From the NCBI RefSeq assembly GCF_964355755.1, contig NC_092670.1, positions 14,680,795 through 14,744,794 of the forward strand: DNA of 64,000 nucleotides. Direction: 5' to 3'. The first letter of the stretch is position 1. Every line of letters begins with the position of its first letter. This stretch comes from Antedon mediterranea (lineage: Eukaryota > Animalia > Echinodermata). Both the position numbers and the translations under genes were made by a program. The notes under the pieces are model-generated. The model had not been told where the DNA came from, did not search any database, and was given only the letters and a program-made list of their open reading frames with translations. Below, piece after piece: positions 48,801 through 63,800 of the stretch.

Positions 48801-51800
48801 GTTTGACTCTACCCGACCATTAATGACAGGCGACGGTGTCTGACAATTAACTATAGTATAAGTCAAAGGTTAGTTAGTTATACATATATAGTCTACAATT
48901 TTTTATAGATACAAGTCGTGGATAAATCAATTAAGTATCTTACTCATAGACAACCAAAACCATTGATGGTTTGTTTAATCAAAACCTTTGATGAACTTGG
49001 TCAAGTATAATCAAAGTAATTCTAATACATTTTACTTTCATATTCTTTAAAATTAACACATAAAATCTTGTCATAATCATTTTATATTAATATTACCTGT
49101 AGGTTTAGAAATATTATTTTATAAAAAAAAAAAAGCATTCGGATTAAACAATTAGTAATTTTAACTTACGTCGACATTCAGCAATAGCTGAACTAAATTG
49201 TCCATTATTACAAGAAACTGTAGATTCTCCAACAAGTTTGTAATCAACGTTACATACAATATTAAAAGAACCTCCATGGATGAAGCTGCCAAATACTTGT
49301 CCATTTGCAACACTTGTTGTAGAGTCACAGTTTGCTGAAAGAATAATGAAAGTTTAATGTTTAGTTAGAGTGATGTTGGTACTTAAAATAATCTTAATTC
49401 CTGAATAGAAATCATTTGAAACATGGATGTCATCTATGGTTGAAATATGCAGTTTCAGGGAAAAATTTCATTTTAAAATTTTGTTTAGCAATATTGCTAA
49501 TCAAACTGATTTTTGAGTCAAGGAACATAGTTTTGTATTGCATTTTTTGCTATACAATTTTAGAAATGTGTAGCAATAAGGTTGTTTTGTATAGCTTTTT
49601 GCTATGCTACACTGGCGAAATTATTCCCTGAGTTTGTACAAAAAAATTTGTAAAATAACTGTACCTTTACATTCCGCATATGATGAGCTGTATTGACCAT
49701 TATCACACGTTATTGTTCTTTCTCCAACCAATGTATAACCAACATCACATGTGAATGTAATGGATCCCCCATGAGTAAAGCTACCAGAATACTGACCATT
49801 TACAATACTTATAGATGACTCGCAGTTAGCTATGGAGAAAGTTTTATCATATATCATTTAAATGGCACATAAATGTCAATGGAAAACGTTTAAGCAATGA
49901 ACAAATGTGCAACTAATATTAAAATTATAATACGTTTGTCAAGACATTGCATACATACCTCTACACACAGCATATGATGAGCTGTATTGTCCATTATCAC
50001 AAGTTATTGTTGTTTCTCCTACCAATGTATAACCAACATCACATGTGAATGTAATGGATCCTCCGTGAATAAAGCTACCGGAATACTGACCGTTTACAAT
50101 ACTGATGGATGATTCACAGTCAGCTGGGGAGAGGACACACAAGCATGCATTTAAATTTAAATAATGTGCATTTTTTGGCTAAGGTACCTGTATGTAGAAA
50201 TAATTGTTATGAAAGATCTTTCCCACATATATGATTTACTTCTCTTTTACCCGATTGTTATGAAATTGATCTAAAAAATATCTTTTTAGCAACAATTGCA
50301 GTTCTAACATAGCAGAAGTTGCTCCAGCAGGGCCAGAGATAGAGCAGGGCCAGAGATATAGTAACACATTTCATGGTTAGCGCTATTTTAATATTGATAT
50401 CGTGATAGTACTTACAACTACAAACAGGGAATGCATCTTGATATTGTCCATCTAAACACATAGTACTTGAAACACCAACTAATGTGTATCCATCGAAACA
50501 TGTAAAGGTAGTTATGCCTCCATGGGATTGGTTTGACTCTACCCGACCATTAATGACAGGCGACGGTGTCTGACAATTAACTATAGTATAAGTCAAAGGT
50601 TAGTTAGTTATACATATATAGTCTAGCATTTTTTATAGATAAAAGTCGTGGATCAATCAATTTTACTCCGATGACTTTAATTAGAAATATTTTTTTAAGA
50701 AACATGTTTACTTTATTTTTTTCAGTCCTGTGGAATACTGAAATGTCTTGGCTACAAGACAATGAATCTTTGGAAGAGCATGTCACACTAAAAGGAAGAA
50801 ACTGTATGACCCTGTGTCATTGAAACAGTATGCATCAAAAGGACGATTTTATGCGTAAAGACATTTATACAAATCGTTACGTCGTCAGGACTTTCCATTT
50901 TTCTTTAAGAGGTATATTTGGGGGAATGGCATTTTTAGAGTTTATACAGGTAAGTATCTTACTCATAGACAACCAAAACCATTGATGGTTTGTTTAATCA
51001 AAACCTTTGAGGAACTTGGCCAAGTATAATCAAGGTAATTCTAATACATTTTACTTTCATATTCTTTAAAATTAACATTTAAAATCTTGTCATAATCATT
51101 TTATATTAATATTACCTGTAGGTTTAGAAATATTATTTTATAAAAAACAAAAAGCATTCGGATTAAACAATTAGTAATTTTAACTTACGTCGACATTCAG
51201 CAATAGCTGAACTAAATTGTCCATTATTACAAAAAACTGTAGATTCTCCAACAAGTTTGTAATCAACGTTACATACAATATTAAAAGAACCTCCATGGAT
51301 GAAGCTACCAAATACTTGTCCATTTGCAACACTTGTTGTAGAGTCACAGTTTGCTGAAAGAATAATGAAAGTTTAATGCTTAGTTAGAGTGATGTTGGTA
51401 CTTAAAAGAACCTTAATTCCTGAATAGAAATCATTTGAAACATGGATGTCATCTATGGTTGAAATATGCAGTTTGTACAAAAAAATTTGTAAAATAACTG
51501 TACCTTTACATTCTGCATATGATGAGCTGTATTGACCATTATCACACGTTATTGTTCTTTCTCCAACCAATGTATAACCAACATCACATGTGAATGTAAT
51601 GGATCCCCCATGAGTAAAGCTACCAGAATACTGACCATTTACAATACTTATAGATGACTCGCAGTTAGCTATGGAGAAAGTTTTATCATATATCATTTAA
51701 ATGGCACATAAATGTCAATGGAAAACGTTTAAGCAATGAACAAATGTGAAACTAATATTAAAATTATAATACGTTTGTCAAGACATTGCATACATACCTC

Positions 51801-54800
51801 TACACACAGCATATGATGAGCTGTATTGTCCATTATCACAAGTTATTGTTGTTTCTCCTACCAATGTATAACCAACATCACATGTGAATGTAATGGATCC
51901 TCCGTGAATAAAGCTACCGGAATACTGACCGTTTACAATACTGATGGATGATTCACAGTCAGCTGGGGAGAGGACACACAAGCATGCATTTAAATTTAAA
52001 TAATGTGCATTTTTTGGCTAAGGTACCTGTATGTAGAAATACTTGTTATGAAAGATCTTTCCCACATATATGATTTACTTCTCTTTTACCCGATTGTTAT
52101 GAAATTGATCTAAAAAATATCTTTTTAGCAACAATTGCAGTTCTAACATAGCAGAAGTTGCTCCAGCAGGGCCAGAGATAGAGCAGGGCCAGAGATATAG
52201 TAACACATTTCATGGTTAGCGCTATTTTAATATTGATATCGTGATAGTACTTACAACTACAAACAGGGAATGCATCTTGATATTGTCCATCTAAACACAT
52301 AGTACTTGAAACACCAACTAATGTGTATCCATCGAAACATGTAATGGTAGTTATGCCTCCATGGGATTGGTTTGACTCTACCCGGCCATTAATGACAGGC
52401 GACGGTGTCTGACAATTAACTATAGTATAAGTCAAAGGTTAGTTAGTTATACATATATAGTCTAGCATTTTTTATAGATAAAAGTCGTGGATCAATCAAT
52501 TTTACTCCGATGACTTTAATTAGAAATATTTTTTTAAGAAACATGTTTACTTTATTTTTTTCAGTCCTGTGGAATACTGAAATGTCTTGGCTACAAGACA
52601 ATGAATCTTTGGAAGAGCATGTCACACTAAAAGGAAAAAACTGTATGACCCTGTGTCATTGAAACAGTATGCATCAAAAGGACGATTTTATGCGTAAAGA
52701 CATTTATACAAATCGTTACGTCGTCAGGACTTTCCATTTTTCTTTAAGAGGTATATTTGGGGGAATGGCATTTTTAGAGTTTATACAGGTAAGTATCTTA
52801 CTCATAGACAACCAAAACCATTGATGGTTTGTTTAATCAAAACCTTTGAGGAACTTGGCCAAGTATAATCAAGGTAATTCTAATACATTTTACTTTCATA
52901 TTCTTTAAAATTAACATTTAAAATCTTGTCATAATCATTTTATATTAATATTACCTGTAGGTTTAGAAATATTATTTTATAAAAAACAAAAAGCATTCGG
53001 ATTAAACAATTAGTAATTTTAACTTACGTCGACATTCAGCAATAGCTGAACTAAATTGTCCATTATTACAAGAAACTGTAGATTCTCCAACAAGTTTGTA
53101 ATCAACGTTACATACAATATTAAAAGAACCTCCATGGATGAAGCTGCCAAATACTTGTCCATTTGCAACACTTGTTGTAGAGTCACAGTTTGCTGAAAGA
53201 ATAATGAAAGTTTAATGCTTAGTTAGAGTGATGTTGGTACTTAAAAGAACCTTAATTCCTGAATAGAAATCATTTGAAACATGGATGTCATCTATGGTTG
53301 AAATATGCAGTTTGTACAAAAAAATTTGTAAAATAACTGTACCTTTACATTCTGCATATGATGAGCTGTATTGACCATTATCACACGTTATTGTTCTTTC
53401 TCCAACCAATGTATAACCAACATCACATGTGAATGTAATGGATCCCCCATGAGTAAAGCTACCAGAATACTGACCATTTACAATACTTATAGATGACTCG
53501 CAGTTAGCTATGGAGAAAGTTTTATCATATATCATTTAAATGGCACATAAATGTCAATGGAAAACGTTTAAGCAATGAACAAATGTGCAACTAATATTAA
53601 AATTATAATACGTTTGTCAAGACATTGCATACATACCTCTACACACAGCATATGATGAGCTGTATTGTCCATTATCACAAGTTATTGTTGTTTCTCCTAC
53701 CAATGTATAACCAACATCACATGTGAATGTAATGGATCCTCCGTGAATAAAGCTACCGGAATACTGACCGTTTACAATACTGATGGATGATTCACAGTCA
53801 GCTGGGGAGAGGACACACAAGCATGCATTTAAATTTAAATAATGTGCATTTTTTGGCTAAGGTACCTGTATGTAGAAATACTTGTTATGAAAGATCTTTC
53901 CCACATATATGATTTACTTCTCTTTTACCCGATTGTTATGAAATTGATCTAAAAAATATCTTTTTAGCAACAATTGCAGTTCTAACATAGCAGAAGTTGC
54001 TCCAGCAGGGCCAGAGATAGAGCAGGGCCAGAGATATAGTAACACATTTCATGGTTAGCGCTATTTTAATATTGATATCGTGATAGTACTTACAACTACA
54101 AACAGGGAATGCATCTTGATATTGTCCATCTAAACACATAGTACTTGAAACACCAACTAATGTGTATCCATCGAAACATGTAAAGGTAGTTATGCCTCCA
54201 TGGGATTGGTTTGACTCTACCCGACCATTAATGACAGGCGACGGTGTCTGACAATTAACTATAGTATAAGTCAAAGGTTAGTTAGTTATACATATATAGT
54301 CTAGCATTTTTTATAGATAAAAGTCGTGGATCAATCAATTTTACTCCGATGACTTTAATTAGAAATATTTTTTTAAGAAACATGTTTACTTTATTTTTTT
54401 CAGTCCTGTGGAATACTGAAATGTCTTGGCTACAAGACAATGAATCTTTGGAAGAGCATGTCACACTAAAAGGAAGAAACTGTATGACCCTGTGTCATTG
54501 AAACAGTATGCATCAAAAGGACGATTTTATGCGTAAAGACATTTATACAAATCGTTACGTCGTCAGGACTTTCCATTTTTCTTTAATTTGGGGGAATGGC
54601 ATTTTTAGAGTTTATACAGGTAAGTATCTTACTCATAGACAACCAAAACCATTGATGGTTTGTTTAATCAAAACCTTTGAGGAACTTGGCCAAGTATAAT
54701 CAAGGTAATTCTAATACATTTTACTTTCATATTCTTTAAAATTAACATTTAAAATCTTGTCATAATCATTTTATACTAATATTACCTGTAGGTTTAGAAA

Positions 54801-57800
54801 TATTATTTTATAAAAAAACAAAAAGCATTCAGATTAAACAATTAGTAATTTTAACTTACGTCGACATTCAGCAATAGCTGAACTAAATTGTCCATTATTA
54901 CAAGAAACTGTAGATTCTCCAACAAGTTTGTAATCAACGTTACATACAATATTAAAAGAACCTCCATGGATGAAGCTGCCAAATACTTGTCCATTTGCAA
55001 CACTTGTTGTAGAGTCACAGTTTGCTGAAAGAATAATGACAGTTTAATGCTTAGTTAGAGTGATGTTGGTACTTAAAAGAACCTTAATTCCTGAATAGAA
55101 ATCATTTGAAACATGGATGTCATCTATGGTTGAAATATGCAGTTTGTACAAAAAAATTTGTAAAATAACTGTACCTTTACATTCTGCATATGATGAGCTG
55201 TATTGACCATTATCACACGTTATTGTTCTTTCTCCAACCAATGTATAACCAACATCACATGTGAATGTAATGGATCCCCCATGAGTAAAGCTACCAGAAT
55301 ACTGACCATTTACAATACTTATAGATGACTCGCAGTTAGCTATGGAGAAAGTTTTATCATATATCATTTAAATGGCACATAAATGTCAATGGAAAACGTT
55401 TAAGCAATGAACAAATGTGCAACTAATATTAAAATTATAATACGTTTGTCAAGACATTGCATACATACCTCTACACACAGCATATGATGAGCTGTATTGT
55501 CCATTATCACAAGTTATTGTTGTTTCTCCTACCAATGTATAACCAACATCACATGTGAATGTAATGGATCCTCCGTGAATAAAGCTACCGGAATACTGAC
55601 CGTTTACAATACTGATGGATGATTCACAGTCAGCTGGGGAGAGGAAACACAAGCATGCATTTAAATTTAAATAATGTGCATTTTTTGGCTAAGGTACCTG
55701 TATGTAGAAATACTTGTTATGAAAGATCTTTCCCACATATATGATTTACTTCTCTTTTACCCGATTGTTATGAAATTGATCTAAAAAATATCTTTTTAGC
55801 AACAATTGCAGTTCTAACATAGCAGAAGTTGCTCCAGCAGGGCCAGAGATAGAGCAGGGCCAGAGATATAGTAACACATTTCATGGTTAGCGCTATTTTA
55901 ATATTGATATCGTGATAGTACTTACAACTACAAACAGGGAATGCATCTTGATATTGTCCATCTAAACACATAGTACTTGAAACACCAACTAATGTGTATC
56001 CATCGAAACATGTAAAGGTAGTTATGCCTCCATGGGATTGGTTTGACTCTACCCGACCATTAATGACAGGCGACGGTGTCTGACAATTAACTATAGTATA
56101 AGTCAAAGGTTAGTTAGTTATACATATATAGTCTAGCATTTTTTATAGATACAAGTCGTGGATCAATCAATTTTACTCCGATGACTTTAATTAGAAATAT
56201 TTTTTTAAGAAACATGTTTACTTAATTTTTTTCAGTCCTGTGGAATACTGAAATGTCTTGGCTACAAGACAATGAATCTTTGGAAGAGCATGTCACACTA
56301 AAAGGAAGAAACTGTATGACCCCGTGTCATTGAAACCGTATGCATCGAAAGGACGATTTCATGCAGACAACCAAAACCATTGATGGTTTGTGTAATCAAA
56401 ACCTTTGAGGAACTTGGCCGAGTATAATCAAGGTAATTCGAATACATTTTACTTTCATATTCTTTAAAATTAACATATAAAATCTTGTCATAATTATTTT
56501 ATATTAATATTACCTGTAGGTTTAGAAATATTATTTTATAAAAAACAAAAAGCATTCGGATTAAACAATTAGTAATTTTAACTTACGTCGACATTCAGCA
56601 ATAGCTGAACTAAATTGTCCATTATTACAAGAAACTGTAGATTCTCCAACAAGTTTGTAATCAACGTTACATACAATATTAAAAGAACCTCCATGGATGA
56701 AGCTGCCAAATACTTGTCCATTTGCAACACTTGTTGTAGAGTCACAGTTTGCTGAAAGAATAATGAAAGTTTGATGCTTAGTTGGAGTGATGTTGCAATT
56801 TAATAGAATCTTGATAGCTCGTAATTCCTAAATATAAATCAATTGAAACAAAAATATCATCTATGATTGAAATAAGTAACAAAACAATTTGTAAAAAAAA
56901 CTGTACCTTTGCATTCAGCATATGATGAGCTGTATTGTCCATTATCACAAGTTATTGTTCTTTCTCCTACCAATGTATAACCAACATTACATATGAATGT
57001 AATAGATCCTCCATGAGTATTTCTACCAGAGTACCCACCGTTTATAATAAGGATGGAGGACTCACAGTTAGCTGGAAAAAGGACAGAAAAAGGACACATA
57101 AATACATTATACAACTGTGACTATGGTACATAGACATTACTAGGGTGAACCAGATATTCCAACAGGATTGTAATTGCATTTATCTGCTGTGGAGTTGGAG
57201 TAGTTTTGCATCAGGGAGTTGAGAATTGGTCAGATTTTTTGCCCTACTCTGATGTGTAATTTGTATTACATTGAGAACACTTTGAAAAATTAATTCGATC
57301 AGGTGCGAATTACTTGTGACTTTTTTGCCAGGGTTCCCAATGTATTAACACCTACCTTTGCATTCCGCATATGATGAGCTATATTTTCCATTATCACAAG
57401 TTATTGTTGTTTCTCCTACCAATGTATAACCAACATCACATGTGAATGTGATGGATCCTCCATGACTAAAGCTACCAGTGTACTGACCATTTACAATACT
57501 GATGGAAGACTCACAGTTAGCTGTAACAAAAAATAAATGGAAATAAGTAACATGCACCAATAATATGGTACTTTGAAATATATAATGCATTTATGATTAA
57601 ACATTTCTGCTAAAGTTTATGAACAGTCAGTGCCCCACAGATTAACGGTCCAGGAGCCAACATAACCATCTGATATTCTTTAACATGTTTTGCACAAAAC
57701 AAAAGTGTTCGAAATACATTTGGAGAATTGATTTAAACATTTTAGAAATAACCAATCTGAAAATTACAAACCTTCACAAACTGGCAATTTGTCTGTGAAT

Positions 57801-60800
57801 TGTCCATTATCACACACTGTACTGCTAGGTCCAACAAGTGTATATCCTTCATCGCAAACAAATGTGCTAACAGATCCGTGCTTTGCTCTGAAAATTACTT
57901 TACCGTTCAGCAGTTGTATCCTTTGACAATTGGCTGATGTGTGAAATAAATTGTGAGAATATTAATTTTCAATTTTTCTATTCGTTTCTTAAAAGTTCAG
58001 ACCGGGAGAGCCCGTGACTTTATATATTCCAACACATTTCGGAAATCAAATTTATTAGGAATACTAGGGTACCAATGCATGGAGAAGTTCACTAACTCTA
58101 AACCGATGAAATCGATCATACAGTAAGAATTAAGCCGTGTGTCAATAGCTGACGAAAACTAGATACATTATAAATTTGTAAAAAATAACATGGCAAACTA
58201 GAACAACTGACATACAGTACAATTGAAATAATGTGAAGATTGCACAATTAAAAATTAAACGGTGTGTATTTGTGTACAATTTTGACCTACAGTGGTATCT
58301 GAACAAACAAAATTAACATCATGTAATCATTTTTAGCACATTGTGCTCACATGGTGTAGTACAGTTATAAGGTAGTTTAGTAAGACATTGTGAAAAACAA
58401 TCAGTAAATCTATTTCCATGCAGCTAACCATTTTCAAGTAAGTTCGATATCAAAAGTAGTAAATTAATTCCAAAATTACTCAATTCAAGTATATGCATAC
58501 CGTAAATGACCAAAAAAGCACTGCGAAGGTTTTCAATGTGAGCTTATTTGACTGCGCTTGATAGATTTTGATTAATAAAATCATTGTTGTAAGAAACTTA
58601 TTGGTTAGACCTATAGTTCTATATCGCTTTTTTCTGGTTATATTTAGCATATTTTAAAATCTTGAAAATGTTATACATTCCGCAAATAGATCATATGCTG
58701 TGCTTATCGATTATTTACGGTATAACATTTTTATTTTTGAATCACATTATATTATTGTGTATCTGTCTATTTTTTATTTTTTTTATTTTCCACAATTCAA
58801 GGTCTATAGAACAAAATTATTTGTGAACTTCATACCATTACAAACTGGCACATCATAGTCATATTGGCCATCGTTACAAATGAGCTTTTTTTTGCCTTCC
58901 AACCTGGAACCCTCGTTGCATGTGAATTTTATTCTCCCATCATGCATGAAGGAACCAGATACGTCACCATTTGCAAACTGAACGATCGGTTCACAATCAG
59001 CTGTAAGTTGTTTAAACATGTAAAGTGCAAAAAATAAAATAAAACTACCACAAGTGATATCACTAATACGTATAGACCATTTTATGACCTGATTTAAGTT
59101 TTGTAAAGAAAATGTTTTTCGCAGTGCCACGCATTGCATGATAAATTAAAGTTATGTATACTGTTGCTTTTTTGTATTATTGCAGTAATGGACCGCACCA
59201 CAATCAGATACTTCTGGGGTAAAGAAAACCTGTATACAAATACTCGTATACCGTTATGCTTCTTTGTTTAAATAGAAAGCCTAAAATCGGTACAATATCA
59301 CAGGTAAGATTGAGTACATTTTGAACATCAGTATTATGTGTGGCTGCTCATTATGCTACCAGCAAAATGTAATGGTGGTTGCTAGGTTATATTACATACT
59401 TTTCAATTTGTTATTGATTGCTTCTTGGAAATCTTGGAGGCATTTTACAGCAAAATGGTCTATATGTATCTAACTCACAAACATGCATTAGTACAAGTGA
59501 ACAAGTCATACAAACAAGATGTGTATTCAGTCAGAGGATTAAAGGGAAGCACTTAAAGTGAACAAGAAATCATATATTTGTAGATGTTAAAATATTTTCA
59601 AAAGTTATTCAATTGGTGATCTATCAATGTCGATATCACGGTCCGTCATAATTTATCATAAATATCGTCATAACAGTCACTTCTGTTGCAAATGGACAAT
59701 TGTTTCTCCTTCATTGATGATATTGATGTTAATGTTTATCAACATCAACATTGTTATCACAATTATCATTATCAACATTGCATCATAGTTAGAATGATAC
59801 TCACTTCCATCAACCTCATCAACATTAATAATTATTGTACCATCAAATGTCGGTTGAAGTTAAGCATAACTGCAATTATGACCAAATGAATATTAGTCCA
59901 CTGTGTTACAACATGCTCTTATAAATTACTTGATAAAGTGCAACATAATTTTAGTACCAAATGTGTATTATGTAACAAACCTGTATATAGCGAGACTTCT
60001 AATAATAATTGCATACCTTTACACACAGCATATGATGAGCTGTATTGTCCATTTTCACAAGTTATTGTTGTTTCTCCTACCAATGTATAACCAACATCAC
60101 ATGTGAATGTAATGGATCCTCCATGAGTAAAGCTCCCAGTGTACTGACCATTTACAATACTGATGGACGACTCACAGTTAGCTAGACAAATCAAACTTTG
60201 GTTAATAACTTATAACCAATTATTTTAATGAATAGAAGAAATTCAGATTCCAGTTCACATAATACTATACAATATTGTATTGTGAAAGTACTTACAACTA
60301 CAAACAGGGAATGCATCTTGATATTGTCCATCTAAACACATAGTACTTGAAACACCAACTAATGTGTATCCATCATTACATGTAAAGGTAGTTATGCCTC
60401 CATGTGATTGGTATGACTGTACTTGACCATTTATGATAGGTGACGGTGGCTGACAATTGGCTGTTAAAATGTAAAAAGAAATGGAAAACATAACATACAC
60501 ATTATAAATTCGTACACATTTAAAAATTAGGTTGTAATCAATATTTTAATACCTCTTACTTTCTCATAAAATAATATTAAGTTTAAGAAATACAGTAGTA
60601 ACTAGAAAGACACTCCGAGAGTGCATACCTCCGCCTACTGTAAAATTCTCCTACATAAGATTTCTCCGGTAAAAAAGAAATATATATATATATATATTTG
60701 TGTGTGTCTTAATGCTGTTTGTGATTTAGGCTATTTTCACTACAAGCATGTGTATGTGAGTTTGGTGTAATGGTTATGTAAGCCTTTCAATTAACAATAG

Positions 60801-63800
60801 CTTCAGTTGACTAACAATAGAACAGCAACGCGAAAATCAAACGAGTGAATTTGAAAAGAAATAGGTTTTTTAAGCTACTCGCATAAAAAAACGTGCACAT
60901 TAAATCGAATTATGTTTTAAATTTACAAATCACAAGTTATAACTCTTGCCTCTTGTACAAAAATGAAATTTTTTGGACAAGTAGTTCTCGAGAAAATGCA
61001 ATTTTAGTTTATTTGTTACTTTAAGACTGCTTGCCGGCTTTTAACACTAGCAGGTCTGAATGGTATACTAAAAAAGTGGTCCAGAATTATTGGGACCATG
61101 GTCCCAAATGGTCCCAAAATTTAATGGAATGGTCCTTGACCACATATCTATCCGTATATTCATTTTGGTAAAGATCTTGTAATTACTTTTTGAGTAATCC
61201 TGCTAACAAACAAACAGACAGACAGACAAACACACGCGATCGATTACATATACCTCCTTGGCGGAGATAAATAATGATTTGTATTTTCGACTTACCCCGA
61301 CATTCAGCAATAGCTGAACTAAACTGTCCATTATTACAAGAAACTGTAGATTCTCCAACAAGTGTGTAATCAACGTTACATACAATATTAAAAGAACCTC
61401 CATGGATGAAGCTGCCAAATACTTGTCCATTCGCAACACTTGTTGTAGAGTCACAGTTTTCTAAAATATATATGGAAAATAAGTTGATAATTATTATATT
61501 AAAAATATGTGAATTTTAAAGTAAAACATCAAAGAAGACAAATAAAAATACATTTGTGATCATTCACAATACATTCTATTTTCCTAAAACAGTATTTCAC
61601 CTGACCACATAAACAGGCACTGTGACTAAGCATGGAGTTTTTTCTCCTTTATTTTCTCTCCTTGACTTAAACATTAAAATATAATATTGAAAAAAATGCT
61701 GAAGTTTAAAATTTGGAAATAACGAAGTGCCTACCTCTGCACACAGCATATGATGAGCTGTATTGTCCATTTTCACATGTTATTGTTGTTTCTCCTACCA
61801 ATGTATAACCAACATCACATGTGAATGTAATGGATCCTCCATGAGTAAAGCTACCAGTGTATTTACCATTTATAATACTGATTGTAGCTTCACAGTTTGC
61901 TAAAGGAAATATACAAGTTTATAAATCAACTAACCATTTTTGTTTACACTTTTAAAGAAAGGTTTGTCTGTACCTTATTGAGTAATATAAAAGAAAAAAC
62001 ACTATGAAAGAATATGAAACATTTCAACAACAAAATGAAATATTTTCTTACCATAGCATGTCGGTTTAGGACTTGTATATTTTCCATCTTCACAATACAC
62101 GACATCAGCCCCAACCAAACTAAAGTTGTCAAAACATCTGTATGAAGTTTTACCACCATGAGTAATATCGTTCTTGATGATTCCATTTTCAAGATTACTT
62201 TGTTTTGCACAATTTACTATAAAAAATATGTAACAATTAAAAAAATGTAAATGGTTTCGTCAACAAAATTGACAACACCCTATGTGAACTACAAACAAGT
62301 GTGTCAATTTGTAGAGTTGAAGGATATTTATATTCCCTAAACATGTACTATAAAGTTTGATTAATTAAAGCCCAAATTAAAAACTTACGTTTACAGCTGG
62401 GTATGTTACTACTATATTGACCATCATAGCAAAAGATTTCATAGTTGCCAACCAAAGTATACCCAGCATTGCAAGTAAATGTTGCATTCTGACCATGAGT
62501 CAAGCTACCAGACATTTCACCATTTTTAATTAGGTTGTCTGATGGACAGTTGGCTAGAAGATAATAATTAATTATTATAATAATAAATTATCATCAGAAG
62601 AAGTAAGCCAATTTGAAAAGGTAGAACATTTCAATATAAACAACCTCTATATTATTGTTTTATGAAAATTTTTTGGTTAAATAAATATTACGAAAATTAA
62701 AATTAAGCCTGGCTTTGCGTAAACCCGGCTTTGCGTAAACCCAGCAAAACTGGTTCTTCACAAATAGAAAGAGCATCCGTCAAGTCAATCCAGATTAGGA
62801 TGAATACAAGACTTCAACATATACATATATACAATTCTTGACAATCATTTTGGTTTATAATAGAATCCCTTTTTCACTTTGGGGAAACCTGTATTTACTT
62901 ACTGTGAAACTAAAAAGTTGGAATACATGTGTTAACATTAACTCTAACCACTCCCTATTCAGGGAACATACCTATTCGTGCTACTGCCTACTTACCAAAA
63001 CATTCAGGTGAAGGATCTGTCAGAAGTCCATCTAAACACACCGAGCTATCAACACCAACTAAAGTAAAACCTTCATTACAGCTAAATGTTGTTACTCCTC
63101 CATGAACCAAATCAGCAACAATTGTACCATCTATTAATTCTGAAGGTTGTGTGCAGTCACCTGTAAAGATTAATAATTAAATAACAATCAAAATGACAAA
63201 GAATATAATAGATATTTTTATAAGTCACAAAACTATGTCAGATAAACCTATTGTAAAAGTACTTTCAGATAAGACAAATGATTGTATTGATTATTAAAAA
63301 TAATGTTCATAAACATTTAATCATGAGAATATAAATACCTACCTCTACAAACTGGCATTTCTGAACTAAGTTGTCCATTGTAGCATGTCATGTTAGACTG
63401 TCCTTCAAGACTAAATCCAGCATCACATATGATGTATATAGCACCATCATGTTTCAGCGATCCAATGTATCTGCCGTTTCTGATGACTAGGGATGGGCCA
63501 CAGTTCTCTGAAAATTAAAATAGAAAATTGTTTACTTTTACCTGTTAATTTATTCGTTTGTAGCTATAATAAAATATTTCCTACAAAATACTAATAAATG
63601 TTTTAAATAACAACAGCTCAGTTAGATCAAAGGTTTTGTATGTGGTTGCAACATGATCACTTCCATGCCCCCTAAAAGTTTGACTGAATTTCCATTGGCC
63701 AATTGTTTGGTTAACAGAAACCGGAGAATATTGTACAGACTTTGTTGCAGCCAATCATCTTTTGCACCAACAATATGTGTTTGTATATATAAAATGTGTT

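Noticed and set aside
50604-54699. Repeated 60-63-aa ORFs (MTCSSKDS..., MHQKDDF...)
   Set aside because: Intronic sequence repeated with the cassette; frames are not preserved across all copies.
48686-56751. Dscam-like mutually exclusive splicing of the exon array
   Set aside because: All exons have ordinary splice sites, join in frame consecutively and alternate among four types; no docking/selector pairing was seen. Exon skipping remains possible but is unshown.
59690-59840. His/Gln-rich ORF 59686..59889
   Set aside because: Degenerate (CAT/CAA/TAT)n microsatellite in an intron.
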